A stretch of 64,000 bases of DNA from Scyliorhinus canicula (lineage: Eukaryota). The notes under the pieces were generated by a model. That model was not told the DNA's origin and searched no databases. It saw only the letters and a list, made by a program, of their open reading frames with translations. A program made the translations under genes and the position numbers. Below, piece by piece: positions 50,560 through 64,000 of the stretch (the stretch's first letter is position 1; each line of letters starts with the position of its first letter). Location of the stretch: assembly GCF_902713615.1 (NCBI RefSeq), contig NC_052164.1:92673377-92737376 (forward strand). Direction: 5' to 3'.

Positions 50560-51585
50560 GTATGCTGTTCTAGTCGCTACACTCTAGGAAGGATATGATT
50601 GCACTAGTGAGGGTGTAGAGGTGATTCACCAGGATGTTGCCTGGACAGGAGCATTTCAGCTCTGAAGAAAGGCTTGGTTAGGCTGGGAATGTTTTCCTTA
50701 GAGCAGAGAGGGCTGTGGGGGACCTCATCGAGCTGCACAAAAATAATAAAGGACATAGATAGGGTAGATAGGAAGAAACTTTTCCCTTATTAGAGGGATC
50801 AATATCCAGAGCCATTGATTCAAGGTAAGGGAGGAGATTTAGGGGGGATTTGAGGAACAACTTTTTCACCCAGAGGGTGGTGGGAACCTGGAATTCTGGA
50901 AACAGTGGTAGAGGTGGGAACCCTCACAACATTTAAGAAACATTTAGACGAACACTTGAAATGCCACAGCATACAAGGCAAGGACCAAGTGCTGGAAAAT
51001 GGGCAGCATGGTAGCATTGTGGGCAGTACAAATGCTTCACAGCTCCAGGGTCTCAGGTTCGATTCCCGGCTGGGTCACTGTCTGTGCGGAGTCTGCACGT
51101 TCTCCCCGTGTGTGCGTGGGTTTCCTCCGGGTGCTCGCTCCGGTTTCCTCCCACAGTCCAAAAATGTGCAGGTTAGGTGGGTTGGCCATGCTAAATTGCC
51201 CTTAGGGTCCAAATTGCCCTTAGTGTTAGGTGGGGTTCCTGGGTTATGGGGATAGGGTGGAGGTATGGGCTTGGGTAGGGTCCAAGAGCCGGTGCAGACT
51301 CGATGGGCCGAATGGCCTCCTTCTGCACTGTAAATTCTATGAAACAAACCTCTATGAAACAATAGATAGGTGCTTGATGGCCGGCCCAGATATGGTGGCC
51401 GAAGAGCCTCTTTCTGTGTTGTAAATTTCTATGACTGTGAATCTAATTTTTTTTTAAATTTAAGAGTACCCAATTCTTTATTTCCAATTAAGGGGCAATT
51501 TAACGTGGCCAATCCATCTAACCTGCACATCTTTAGGTTGTGAGGGTGAGACCCACGCAGACACGGGGAGAATATGCAAACTCTA
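50560..51585. mobile_element. CR1 3' fragment (+) with an inserted V-SINE 51001-51350(+), then a partial SINE 51450-51585(-)
   Basis: Family motifs; the CR1 tail resumes at about 51360. Confidence 0.8.
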
Positions 51586-51822
51586 TGACTCTAATTTTAA
51601 TATAAGAATTGGTTGTATATTGTAACCTTGGAGATGGATGCAACATGAGAAGGCGTACCTGTCATCAGTTTTGAGGATTAATAATATGTTTGGTAAACAT
51701 AGTCCCATCCACTTTGTATGGTTAATGAAACGGGTTTCAGTGATGCTCAAAACCTGTCACATAATAAATATGGACAGGAACCAGTTGCTACAGCAAATTA
51801 ACCCTTGCCCATTATCCTTCAG

Positions 51823-51979
51823 GAGCAGAAGTTTATTTTCAAGTGGATTGTACCAACCTCCAGCAATGTCTCCATTTGAAAAGCAGACTGCTTGACAGGA
51901 TTATCTTCAATTTCCCTCACTGTGGCAGGAAAGCTGGGGTGAAAAAGAACAGAGAGCTACTGGCTAATTTTTTTCTGAG
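51823..51979 (+). CDS. FDXACB1: FDXACB1 coding exon 2
   Basis: AEVYFQVDCTNL...DRIIFNFPHCGRKAGVKKNRELLANFF; AG/GT bounded; 157 nt. Confidence 0.96.
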
Positions 51980-53554
51980 GTGCGTTCTGAAGTCACATAT
52001 CAAAGTCCACATGTCCAGTGTTAGATTAAACAATTTTCTGCTTAATGTGGAATGATTGCAATGTACCTGATTGGGACGTGTGGGCAACGCTGATTCCTGT
52101 TTTTTTATGTGTATTTAGACCGATTTCAAAATCTACATTTGCAGACAGTTTGCATATTTCTGAAACTGCGGTACATGTGGGGGTGAGGGATTTTAACAAT
52201 AGAAAAGGCGGGGGGAGGGGGGGGGCGGGGAGATCACAGGGATAAATCTCTTTGAAGACTTAATTCACTCAACTAGGAAGTAGGTAAAGTGTCAGGCAAT
52301 AGCTTTCCACTATCGGAGATGAATGTCAAATAACCTGCTTGAGAATGAAGTTAGCTTGCTCGAGTGAGTCAGATAAATTTGAGTGGGGCTCCAACCTGTG
52401 ATCGAAACTCATTCACAACTGACCTCCAGCCCCATGTCAACTTTGGTTAACGTGTGTGGACAATGACAGTGTCGGTAATGGAGAAGTCATGAGATTGCAT
52501 CGCCATCTACATTGTTTGTGAGTGAACAATACGAGTATATGTTGGGAAGGTGGTAATCTCTGGAAAAAGATCAAACTTGGAAGATGCATGTTTGGAACTG
52601 AAATGTGTGACTAGTAAATAGAATTTTGCCAAGTCATATTATTAAAAAAAGATGAGAAAACTATGATCAGAGATGCTGAATAGAATAAGGACTAACTGCT
52701 GCTAATGGCTGCCATGATCCTGTAATACAACATGACTATGTTTAAAATCTACTTAATTGGTTGGTTGTAAAGCACGTGAGGACTGCCTGAGGTCATGAGA
52801 AGCACAAGGTCACCTGTCATTAAAATGTAAGAACATATATATCTTCATTATAACATCAAATTCTCTCCAACCAATGGCCATTGATTATCCAAAAGGCTGT
52901 TGAACTGGAAAACAGATTTTTATGTTGCCCACTCCATCCCTATGCATACACTTATAAATATGGAGTTTATTTACTCATATTATTTTTAATATGACAATTA
53001 AGAGTTCAGCACACATTGGTATGGTGCAATGGCTAGGTTTTCCTGCGAATGATCGACAATGACAAAAGGAATAAACTGAGAGGTTATAAAAACATCTGGT
53101 CTGACACCAATTAGGTAGAATTGTTAGACATTCCCAAGGGGGATGTGCAGGTCAGATGGATTGGCCATGCCAAATTGCCCTTCGCGTCCAAAAAGGTTGG
53201 GTTGGGTTACGGGGTAAGGGTGGAGTTGTGGGCTTGGGTAGGGTGCTCTTTCCAAGGGCTGGTGCAGGCTTGATGGGCCGAAGGGCCTCCTTCTGCGCTG
53301 TAAATTCTCTGATTCTGTCTGGGAGTTGCAGTTGGAGGCCAGCTCCGTTTTCACAATCAGAACCCAGTAACATCCTGCAGTGGCTTAAATGGGCAGAGAG
53401 AGAGAGAGAAGACCGGTCTGCTTCTACAGTCATCAAGCATTTGAAATCTAAGCTTCACACCACCAAATCACTGATCCATTGTCCTACTTCAGCCACCTTT
53501 TTGGCATTGGCCTGTAAGCTCTCCCTCTCTCTTCAAAAGCCCCTCTCTCTGGGG

Positions 53555-53914
53555 CAGGGGTGGGCAAACTACGGCCCGTGGGCCGCATGCGGCCCGCCAA
53601 AGGTCTTAATGCGGCCCACCAAGTCATTTTTTAAAAAAAAATTTTTTTTACGGTTAATGGGGGTGGGGGTGGGGGGGGCTATTGGGTTACTTACTGGTAT
53701 AGGGTGGATACGTTGACTTGAGTAGGGTGATCATTGATCGGCACAACATCGAGGGCCGAAGGGCCTGTTCTGTGCTGTACTGTTCTATGTTCTATATGAG
53801 GCACCCAGAATCATAACCGGGTGAAGTAATTATTTTACTTAATATACTATGCGGCCCTTTAAAATTGTGAATTTCTGAATGTGGCCCTTGCACGGAAAAG
53901 TTTGCCCACCCCTG
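53555..53914. mobile_element. hAT (Charlie-like) MITE
   Basis: 16-bp TIRs CAGGGGTGGGCAAACT / AGTTTGCCCACCCCTG; 8-bp TSD CTCTGGGG/CTCTAGGG. Confidence 0.9.
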
Positions 53915-54264
53915 CTCTAGGGGCTTTTCATAGTAACTTCATTGAAGCCTACTTGTGACAATAAGCGATTATTATTATTAAGTAGTTTCCTCGTTGTCTG
54001 TAACTTAATAATAAAATCTAGTCAGCTTCAAGTGCTACCTCAGCCATTACAGGGATTGAGCCAACTGAGCTAACCCGCCCTTCACCTAGCTTTCCCGATT
54101 TAAACAATGTAACTCATGCTTCTATAATGTAGCCTTTTGCTTCTCTTCATAATCCTCGGGTTAAACCGGTGACGACAGTCGGGCAGTGAATCATTGGTTT
54201 GGCCATGCTATTTGCTTCGCCCAGGGTGGTAATAATATTGTTGTGGGGTTTGTTTCTTTTTCAG

Positions 54265-54468
54265 TTGCGCAGGTATTGTAACCACCCAAGGTGATGTCCA
54301 TGTCACCCTGTGCAGGGGTCAGGGTGGGACCGCTGCTGATCACCCAACACGGGAATGGCACAACAGCTGGCAAATTGTCGCCATGGCTGCGAGGGCCGGG
54401 TTCGTTTTGAGTGAAGTGCTGCCGTTTGATTGCACACATTATTATGGCTACACAAGCACTGGGTACAG
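54265..54468 (+). CDS. FDXACB1: FDXACB1 coding exon 3
   Basis: CAGIVTTQGDVHVTLCRGQGGTAADHPTREWHNSWQIVAMAARAGFVLSEV...GYTSTGY; 204 nt, phase 2/2. Confidence 0.96.
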
Positions 54469-54580
54469 GTAGGTGAATAGTAGGAGAATCGGTGCGCAAT
54501 GTATTTTGCATCCGTGTATAGTGTCTGAATGTGGTTTTTGTTATTCCTGATATCTGTGAAGTGAACTATAAATGCTGGTT

Positions 54581-55387
54581 GGGCAGCACGGTGGCCTAGT
54601 GGTTAGCACAGCTGCCTCACGGCGCCGAGGTCCCAGGTTCGATCCCGGCTCTGGGTCACTGTCCGTGTGGAGTTTGCACATTCTCCCCGTGTCTGCGTGG
54701 GTTTCGCCCCCACAACCCAAAAATGTGCAGAGTAGGTGGATTGGCCACGCTAAAATTGCCCCTTAATTGGAAAAAATAATTGGGTAATCTAAATTTAAAA
54801 AAAAAAAATGCTGGTTCAGGTACCTTCAGAAAGTGGTAGCCATTTCATTATCATAACACTCAATGCTGTAGATGACATTTGGTGATTTGAGCACCAACAT
54901 TTGAAATGTCATTGTCCACTGTTTAAAAAGGCGATGTTAACAGATGTATCTGAAATGCTTGCATTAAAATTCCCCCCTCCCCACCTGCAGATTGAATTCT
55001 CTGTAAAGCTCTTATTGAATAGTGTAAAATGCTGATCGAATGTCACCATATCTGGATGCGGTAGAATCATGGGATTTACAGAGCAGAAGGAGGCCATTCA
55101 GCCCATTCAGTCTGCACTGGCCCTCGGTAAGAGCACCCTACTTAAGCCCACATCTCCACCCTATCCCCGTAACCCAGTAACCCCACCTAACCTTTTGGGG
55201 CAATTTAGCACGGCCAATCCACCTAACCTGCACATCTTTGGACAATGGGAGGAAATCGGAGCACCCGGAGGAAACCCACGCAGACACAGGGAAAAAGTGC
55301 AAACTCCACACAGTCACCCGAGGCCGCAATTGAACCCGGGTCCCTGGAGCTGTGAGGCAACAGTGCAAACCACTATGTCGCCGTGCC
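54581..55387. mobile_element. Two V-SINEs: 54581-54808(+) and 55065-55387(-)
   Basis: Family motifs; the first has TSD aaatgctggtt. Confidence 0.88.
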
Positions 55388-55795
55388 ATCTTTAAAATAG
55401 ATCTGCATTTATACAATGCTTTCCCCTACGCAGTCAGTGAACAGAGCAGCTATTCTATATGAGGCAAATGCCACACTAAACGAGATTCATTTTTAGGTCG
55501 GATAGATTTTGACCAGGACATTCTGGGATTTTTTTAACCACCCACCAGATCATGCATTGCTTTAACATCTCATTCGGCAATGCTGCACGCCCTCAGCTCT
55601 ATACTAAAGAATCAGCCTACATAATGTGGGTAAATCCTCATATATGCATCTCGCAACCACTTGTCATGCTGACAATGTTGACGTTGAAGCTAAAGCTCTC
55701 ATTTAATGTATCCACATGCAGTCATGAGGAGCACATTTCTCAAATCGCTTTGATTACAATCCTTCCCTTGTGAAAGGAGTGCATTTTTCTTTCAG

Positions 55796-55954
55796 GAGTC
55801 AAGATAAATCCTTCGATGTTGACCTAGCTCTGACCCACGTGTTCACGAGAAGCCAGCCCTTCAACGAGATGAAGCCAGTTGTTATGGAAACCATGATTGG
55901 GAGTGAGCACTGTTCCTTCCACATTCCTGAGGAACTTGTTGAAAAGATAAACAG
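55796..55954 (+). CDS. FDXACB1: FDXACB1 coding exon 4
   Basis: SQDKSFDVDLALTHVFTRSQPF...FHIPEELVEKIN; 159 nt, phase 2/2. Confidence 0.96.
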
Positions 55955-56974
55955 GTGCAGTCATGGAACTATACATTGCAGAAGTTTACAGAGACGGTGA
56001 CAGATCAAAATAGAAGGAAAATAACTTGTAAAATTGTGTGGTGTATTATTAGCCAACAATATCAACTGGATAACATTACCATTAAAATAGCACAGAGAAC
56101 AGGTTCACTCACATGGCTAGAATTACTCGCTTTGTAGTCAGAAAAGGTTTGACCCAGAGGTCCCATTTATACTGTTTTAGTCTAAAATATTTAACTAATT
56201 ACACATGTTAGACCTACAAAAAATTGGCTTTGTCGGAGAGCTCAAGAACTTCCATTAAATGTATGGTAATTTCCTGGGAAACTCTGACAGCCTCATGACA
56301 TTCCCAAACATCTGTTATTTCATATTATGAAATGAATCACAGAATGACACAGAATTTACAGTGCAGAAGAAGGCCATTCAGCCCATCGAGTCACTTATTG
56401 TCACAAGTAGGCTTCAATGAAGTTACTGTGAAAAGCCCCTAGTTGCCACATTCCGGCGCCTGATTACCATCTGATTTGTTCACTTTAAGTTCACTTACAA
56501 ATGAATAATAACTTTTTATTCTGGTTTGATAAATTTCCTCCTTTAATATTTCTACCAGGAAACAGGAGAATGTCTTTAGAAAAGTGTTGTGCAAGCAAGT
56601 GCATTCGTTGAAGAGAAGAAAAGTGTTACAGGGATTCAAAACAATTATTTCACTCCCCAATTTATAGGCTTTCTTATCTCTTTGATGCATTTTTACCTTC
56701 AGTTCCCTTTTTTAAGCATTGAGTTGTTGCCAAGGATGGTCATTAATCTTTTCCTGTTCATTACTTTTGACAGACAGTGCTGATCTTTATTCTACTATTA
56801 ACACCTATGGACCAATGCTTTGTGTCTTTATGTTATCATTATCACTCCCTTTGCCTTGTGTTGCATGACATCTTTGTCATTTATTCTTCCCCACTTTCTA
56901 ACCTGTCTCTGAACTTCTCTTTTGTTCCACCTGCTACTTCCTCTTTTCCAACAGTATAAAACCCATCACATTCC

Positions 56975-58143
56975 TTTTTAAAAATAAATTTAGAGTACCC
57001 AATTATTATTTTTTTTCCAATTAAGGGGAAATTTAGCGTGGCCAATTCACCTACCCTGCACATCTTTGGGTTGTGGGGGCGAGGCCCACACAAACACGGG
57101 GAGAATGTGCAAACTCCACACGGACAGTGACCCAGGGCCGGGATTCGAACCCGGGTCCTCAGCGCCGTAGTCCCAATGCTATCCACTGCGCCACCGTGCT
57201 GCCCTGAACCCCATCACATTCCTACCTCTCCGTTCTGAAGAAGAGACATATTGGATTGGACCCGAAACATTAGTTCCGTTTCTCTCTTTCCCCTCAGATG
57301 TTGCCAGACCGGCTGAGTTTTTCCAGCACTTTTGCTGTTACTTTTGCTGTCTTTCTATTGGATAGAACATAGAACAGTACAGCACAGAACAGGCCCTTCG
57401 GCCCTCGATGTTGTGCCGAGCAATGATCACCCTACTTAAACCCACGTATCCACCCTATACCCGTAACCCAACAACCCCCCCTTAACCTTGTTGTTCAGAT
57501 GGCGAGTGCTCACCATGCGCCTCTTCCAAAAGGCCTATCTATGATTAAAAATCTCCCCACCGAGGTGTGGGAGGGGTGGGTAGTAATTAAACTGAGAGAG
57601 GTGCAAGTGCTTACTTGCCTTCAGTCATGTGTTCCTCAATCTGACAACTGCTTCAAGGATCTCTGCTCAGATAGGACTGAGTAGATTCCACCAAAATGTC
57701 TTGCACTTTACCTGCAGCCTCGCGTAGCTAGAGGAGGTGGATTATGTGGCCAGCTCAGCTCTGGTTAGATGCTTGCATTCTCACTAATTTCTAGAAGTGG
57801 ATGGGCACAGTAGCATAGTGGTTAGCATAAATGCTTCACAGCTCCAGGGTCCCAGGTTCGATTCCCGGCTGGGTCACTGTCTGTGCGGAGTCTGCACGTC
57901 CTCCCCCTGTGTGCGTGGGTTTTCTCCGGGTGCTCCGGTTTCCTCCCACAGTCCAAAGATGTGCGGGTTAGGTGGATTGGCTATGCTAAAATTGCCCGTA
58001 GTGTCCTAAAAAGTAAGGTTAAGGGGGGGTTGTTGGGTCACGGGTATAGGGTGGATACGTGGGTTTGAGTAGGGTGATCATTGCTTGGCACAACATCGAG
58101 GGCCGAAGGGCCTGTTCTGTGCTGTACTGTTCTATGTTCTATG
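56975..58143. mobile_element. V-SINEs 56975-57204(-), 57362-57490(-, tail only) and 57801-58143(+), within and after a Penelope-like remnant
   Basis: Family motifs; flanking repeat cccatcacattcct around the first copy. Confidence 0.85.
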
Positions 58144-58386
58144 GATACGAGCTATCAGAGCTACTGGTGTATCAATAATCTGTTACTACGCACTCAAAGC
58201 AACTCTGAGAGATGCAGAGCCCACTGTGTACAGATCGCCCCTCTGTTCATGTGAGACTGTGGCAATTACTCTTGTTCTTGGCATCCTCCTCGCACCCCCC
58301 CCCCCCCCCCCCCCCCCCCCCTATTTGAGAACTGGAGAATCATGTGCCTTTTATGATTGTTCTAATGGAGTTTTTGATCATTGCAG

Positions 58387-59590
58387 GAATTTTCTTCAGA
58401 AAGGTTCAAACCATCCTGTAAATATCATTAACGAGTTGTTGAGAAAGCAGATCTCGGATATGGCGAATGTCCAGGAACTGGAGGACAACTTCCCCCTGTT
58501 CTCAAAACCATGCCTTCAGTGTGATGACGCCATTTGTCGGGCTGAGCTTTATTGGGTGAGCTGTTCCAGCTGTCAAGAGGGCAAATCGAGAAGTACTGAA
58601 CGTGTACATGTGGCCGATGCTCAATGCTGTGACGTTTCCATGCCAGTGTCTGATCTGAGGCTGGGGAACAAGACTGGGCAGAATGCGGGCTGCCGTATAA
58701 TGAACCAGGCTGGAGTCCCTGACATGAGCGAGGATTGCAGGAGGTACTGCCTTCGGCCTACTCTGACAGGATGTGTGCACAATGTTTTGCAAAGACCAGA
58801 CTTCAGAACTGGAGTCATCTATGTGGTCAGTGGCACTGTTTTCAGGAAGTGTCTGATTTCCCCACAAACTATGCCAGCATTCCATGAGATGGTTTTAGTT
58901 GGGGCTTGTAGTGACAAAACAACGGCAGACATTTTAGGCTTATTTATATACTCTGTGGAGAGAGCCATTTCATTTCTTGTAAAGTCAGCATCAAGTACTA
59001 CTGCTTCTGTGGACACGAGCTTAGGATCCATCACCTTTAAAGAAGAGGTCAGTGGAAAAAGCTGGAATGTTTGTTTTCGAGACATGAACCACCCAGACTT
59101 TACTGATCTAACTGTTGCAAAATTGGTTTGTATTCCTCATAAACAGGATAACAATGAACTAAGTATCTGTATTACTTCCATAAATCTTGACCTTCTATCC
59201 ATGGTACTGTATCACATAAATGATTGGAGAATGCTATGGACATTCGATGAACGCTTCCTAAACCAGATTAGTGCAACAGAATTGAAACCCTTTTGTGAAT
59301 TCTCACTCTACCCGCCCTCCTATTCACACGATGTCAGCTTCTGGCTTGATGGGGATGAGAAACCAGATGAATTGACACTCCATGCTCTTGTAAGGCGAGT
59401 AAGCAGGGATTCAGTGAAAGAATTGAAGCTGATTGACAGTTTCTGTCATGCTGAAACCAAACGTATGAGTTACTGTTACAGGCTAACATACCAGTCGTGC
59501 GACAAGGCACTGTCATATCAACAAGCATTGGAAATGCAATTGCGTCTTCGAGATGAACTGGAGAAAAGCTTTAAAGTAACTCTCAGATGA
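58387..59590 (+). CDS. FDXACB1: FDXACB1 last exon (PheRS-like region and FDX-ACB domain)
   Basis: Acceptor ttgcag; NFLQKGSNHPV...CLRPTL...FHEM...DWRMLWTFDERF...SLYPPSYSHDVSFW...SYCYRLTYQSCDKALS...VTLR*; total CDS 1899 nt, 632 aa; AATAAA at 59713. Confidence 0.97.
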
Positions 59591-60714
59591 AAATAAATTG
59601 GACCAATTGTTTGAAACGTGTTTTATTTTAACCCCTTGCAGTGCGGGATTGGCACATCACATACTTAGCTATTGATACCAGCTATGTTTGAAGGACAAAT
59701 TACACATCAGCAAATAAACATCAATATTTGCAATCTGCTTCTTGTTCCATGGGTTTAATTCATCACCTCAAACATCCCTTGCTACTACTCACACCCAAGA
59801 ATATGTCACCTTTGATTAATTCAAAATGTTGTCCAGATGTAAACCAAATTTGGAAGGATGAATGTACTGCCGAATTTTCACAGTTGAAGTGAACGTGAGA
59901 TTAAAATTATCACACGAACAACATTTTGGTGTGGGGAATAAACTCCCCTCCAATGTTAAATGTGTCTCACTTATTAACTGAGTCATATAAGCTCTTAGAA
60001 TTTGATTTGTGCTTCAGATGAGTAGAGAGATTGATTGAAGATGAAGCAGTACAAAAACATCCCTGTAAGGTAATTTAAAGCATTTACATTGCATTCTGTG
60101 CACAAAAGTAATATATATGCAGATAAAAGATGGTACAGTGAGGAGAGAGGTTGGGTGAGGTTTTTTTTTTACCCTGGCAATTGTTGAAAATTTTCCTTGG
60201 GGCAAGTTGAAGCAGAGGCCATTGCATATTTTGAGGAAGGCAGAGAATAATGCAGGCCAGTGGGATCGGTTTTGTATTGATCGAGTAACGAGATGCACAG
60301 TTAGTGGATACAAGTCCTCCTCTGGGCTGTACGCTTCTGTGTATTGGTACTGTAATTTATTCCTGCACCATAGAGTACAAGGTAGGTTCGAATGAAAGAA
60401 TGATGCATCCAATTAGAGCATCTTAGCATTATTCCTTGGAACACAGCATCACACTTGAAGGACAATTAATTTTAAGTGTAGTGGCCGCTGATGTGTTGGA
60501 AAATTGCTGCCTGATCTCATAAGAAGGAATTAAATGAATAATAAAATAATCTTCATGGTGATGTTCGTTGAGAGAGGTGTTTTGGTCCACAGAGCAGGAG
60601 AACACCCCTGCCCTTTGAGTACTGCAAGGGGATTGTGAAAATACACCCCAATAATTTAGCATCTCAAACAAAAGATGGCACACTGACAATGTTGCAGGGC
60701 ACAATCGATTTATC

Positions 60715-61035
60715 CATAGAATGCCTACAGTGCAGAAGGAGGCCATTCAACCCATTGAGTCTGCACCAACCCTCCGAAAGAGCATCCTACCTAGGTCCAC
60801 TTCCCCACCTTATCCCCAAAACTCCACCTAACTTGCACGTCTTTGGACACAAAGGGGCAATTTAGCACGGCCAATTCACCTACCCTGCACATCTTTGGAT
60901 TGAGAGGAAACCGGGGCACCCGGAGGAAATTCACGGAGACAAGGGGAGAAAGTGCAAACTTCACACTGACAGTCACCCGAGGCCGGAATTGAACCTGGGT
61001 CACTGGCGCTGTGAGGCAGCAGCGCTAACTACTGA
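60715..61035 (-). mobile_element. V-SINE
   Basis: Family head, core and tail on the minus strand. Confidence 0.85.
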
Positions 61036-63803
61036 GGAATGTCCTTTCACTAATTATTCTGTCATTGCTCCAGAATAATGGGTAGACATCCACTATCCCC
61101 CTGTAAGGGGCCAATTGAATGAGATGCTGACAGGACAATTTTCTTTTGATGAGAAACAATTTTTCACAGAACCAGTGATCAGGGATGAGACCGGGCGTGT
61201 TGAACCCAAGCAGATATTGATAATTAGATCTAATTAATGAAGTAATGAAGCCTGGAGCGGCATAGATGTTAGGAGCGTGACTGGGTCAGGAGCAAGGGTA
61301 ATGTATGCAGTAGACATGCTGCAGGATATCCTCATCCATGACTTTTTGGGATCGTAGCAAGGCCATTAATTCAGGAGGGGTGGATGGTCATAAGAGTGCC
61401 AGGGTGGTGTTTGTGCAGGAAACCACGAGTGGCCTCCCAAGGTCAGAAGCTTCATCTTCGGGTGGGGGGGGGGTTGACAGGGCAGCGAATTTACGAAAAT
61501 AGAAATGTAAGCTAATCATTGGTTTGCTGTGAAACTTAACGGAACACAAGCGAATAGGTTTGCGTTGATCTCATATCAGTGAAATTGGTCCTGATCTTAT
61601 CCATCATTCTAGGGAATCCTACAATCCTTGGTGCTGGAGCATCGGGGCGTAGTTAACATAATACCCAACCAATCTTTGAAAAATGCTGTGAAGGAACCTA
61701 AGGAACTCACAAGCCAGTGTAATTAGATACAAAATATTAAAAGACATTTTGAAATCTGATGGGTTTGTAAGGAGCTACCAAAGGAAAGTTTTGCCAAATT
61801 AATTCAATGGAATTATTTGAGGAAATAACAGACTGAGTTGAGGACAGAAATTCTGCAGATGTGATATGTTTAGATTCCAGCAATCCTTTTGAAAGGATTC
61901 TATATTAGCGAAAGTAAAGGGCAGTTGCAAAAGGCTCTTCATTAGCACGGCAGGAGGGATCACTATAAGGGTGCAACCAGGATTGGTGCTGCAGACATCA
62001 TTTTTAACGTGGATGTACTTGATTTGGAGGTGAACACAGAGTCAGTGCTCTCTCTGGTTGTAGGCAACGCCAGGACAGGTTTGACACCAGGAGGAACCTG
62101 CAAAGCGAATGCAAAATAATCAGAACAGGTAATATGGTCTGGTGTAGTAACTGGGATTTTATATGAACAAATGCAAGGTAATAAGATGAAGGGGAGGGAA
62201 ATAAAAAGTAGTCGATAAACAAAATAATGTTAGGTTATAAAATTTCAAGGGAATGGGGTCTGTGATTTTGGTGCAAAGTCCACTGAACCATTGATGGCAA
62301 TAAAGAGAGACAGCCAGCTGATTCTTGGGGTATTTTTGAAGCATAGAGCACACCTCTGATAATAAATAGGTGAATTGGACATTCTGAATTATCCCTCAGT
62401 GTACCCGAACAGGCGCTGGAATGTGGCAACTAGGGGCTTTTCACAGTAACTTCATTAGTGTTGACGTATGCATACTTGTGACAATAAAGATTATTATTAT
62501 TATGAATCTGTACAAGTCATTGGCACAATTACACTTGAACAACTGTGCACAACTACAATATTCAGGCAATGGAAGCGGCGTGGTAAAGGTCAACCAAACT
62601 GAGAACTAGCTGAAGGTATCTTGGTTACGAGCGAACATTGAAGAGTCTGGAGAAAAGTCTCTGATATTATCCAGCATTGGAGAAATACATTGAAACTTGG
62701 TATGGTGGAGACTGCCAGAAACATCAGGAGCAGGAGTAATGGCCTGAAACTTATAAGAGGGAAATTTGCAGTTAACCACATGAAATCGCTGGCTTTTCAA
62801 GCAGACCAAGCAGGCCAGCAGCATGGTTCGATTCCCGTACCAGCCTCCCCGGACAGGTGCCGGAATGTGGCGACTAGGGGCTTTTCACAGTAACTTCATT
62901 GAAGCCTACTCGTGGCAATAAGCGATTTTCATTTTCATGACACAGTGAAGTGTAAAATTCTCCATTGCAGAGAGTACAATCCAGGAATTCCCTATTTAAT
63001 ACCGTAAGGGGCACCATAACCACAAAGACTGCAGCTGTTCAAGGCGTAGACCACTGCCACCACCTCAGGGCAATGCAGAATGGGGAATAACTGCAAAGTA
63101 GCCAGAGCTTCTGGAATGGTGGGGGCAGTGGACAAAACTGGGAGAATTGGTTAGATTTTAGAGTGGGCAATTGCTAAGTTTTTTGACAGGTGGAATTGCC
63201 CAGCTCAACTGAATAATGTCCCTTGATCCTAAGAGACTGAGGTCAGCGATGTCATAATTTTGAGGTGCTAGGAAACTGTTTGACACAGTGAGCTCGTTCC
63301 TAATTACAACAGTTACATGTTCATCACAGAACTGCAATTATATTAAAGGGAAATAGAGGTGGCAAATTATTCAGGTCCAAGATGGAGCAAAATGTGTCAA
63401 CAACCTATGGGAGCAAAATTGGTCCCAGTTCTTATTTCCTCTGGCCGAGTTGGTGCTCCGGAGTCTTGGAGCAGAAAAACGCAACGTAAGGCGTTAATTT
63501 CCCAAAAAATGAAATTATAAAGTAAAACAATTATCCACATCAAATACTGAAATGTAGCTGATGCACAGTCGTTGGAAGAATTAAACTGGGGGAAATAACG
63601 CGCGGAACTTAGTTTTGCAAATGGTTCCGTGAGCAAAAGGGGCCCGGGAAATTCAGCAACGGCAGGCATCACACTTGGTAAGAAGTACAGCACAGCAGTA
63701 ACGCGACCGCTCTTCCTCCGAGTACATTTTGAGCCTCGCCGCCTCCCGTATTGGGGGAAGGTTGCTGAGCTTGGCCGGTCACCGTAGCCCCGGTTGGCAG
63801 GGA

Positions 63804-63955
63804 ATGGCCTCGAAGCTCAGGCACCGAGCCGGCGGCAGAGGGGCAGCCGGGGGCAGGCAGTCCCAGGACGGGAGCCTGCCTCCCGGGGGAGACAGCAGCC
63901 GGCTCCCCAGAGGAGAGAGCAAAGCGGAGGAGAGGAGCCCAGAGAGCAGGGATGG
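63804..63955 (+). CDS. ALG9: Probable alpha-1,2-mannosyltransferase ALG9, exon 1 (gene continues beyond the window)
   Basis: CpG island; ggaATGG start; MASKLRHRAGGRGAAGG... low-complexity N-terminus; donor GTGAGT at 63956. Identity rests mainly on synteny (ALG9 follows FDXACB1 on the same strand in human). Confidence 0.65.
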
Positions 63956-64000
63956 GTGAGTAGCCGGCCCGGGACAGGCTCCAGCCCGGTACACGGGGGC

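Noticed and set aside
58085-58386. First 100 aa of the 501-aa ORF
   Set aside because: It is SINE tail and poly-C intron sequence that happens to be in frame; the exon starts at the acceptor before 58387.
1-64000. CRISPR array or prokaryotic defence system
   Set aside because: The sequence is eukaryotic with spliced genes; its repeats are dispersed retroelements, not regularly spaced repeat-spacer units.

Overview
This is vertebrate genomic DNA, almost certainly from a shark: the alphaB-crystallin closely resembles the dogfish protein and HE1-like V-SINEs and CR1 LINEs are dense. The window is the syntenic block HSPB2(-) / CRYAB(+) / CFAP68 (C11orf1)(-) / FDXACB1(+) / probable ALG9 exon 1(+), the same order and relative orientation as human 11q23. 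I could assemble four complete spliced genes with GT-AG introns and consistent phases: HSPB2 185 aa, CRYAB 177 aa, CFAP68 228 aa and FDXACB1 632 aa. Much of the rest is transposon-derived: a decayed full-length Gypsy LTR element with a 5-bp TSD, solo LTRs, CR1 and Rex/Babar LINE fragments, about 30 tRNA-derived SINEs, two MITEs and Penelope-like repeats. The most interesting points are (1) a Gypsy element with no tRNA primer-binding site but a perfect 13-nt complement to its own LTR, suggesting self-priming, plus a YLDN reverse-transcriptase motif; (2) a Penelope-type inverted repeat with about 220-bp arms carrying two minimal hammerhead ribozyme motifs inside a CFAP68 intron; (3) an intron-containing pre-tRNA-Leu(CAA) fused to a SINE tail; (4) a 111-aa Cys-rich C-terminal extension on CFAP68; and (5) a perfect heat-shock element before the CRYAB TATA box and an RFX X-box before CFAP68. 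Coordinates were read by eye and repeat boundaries are approximate.
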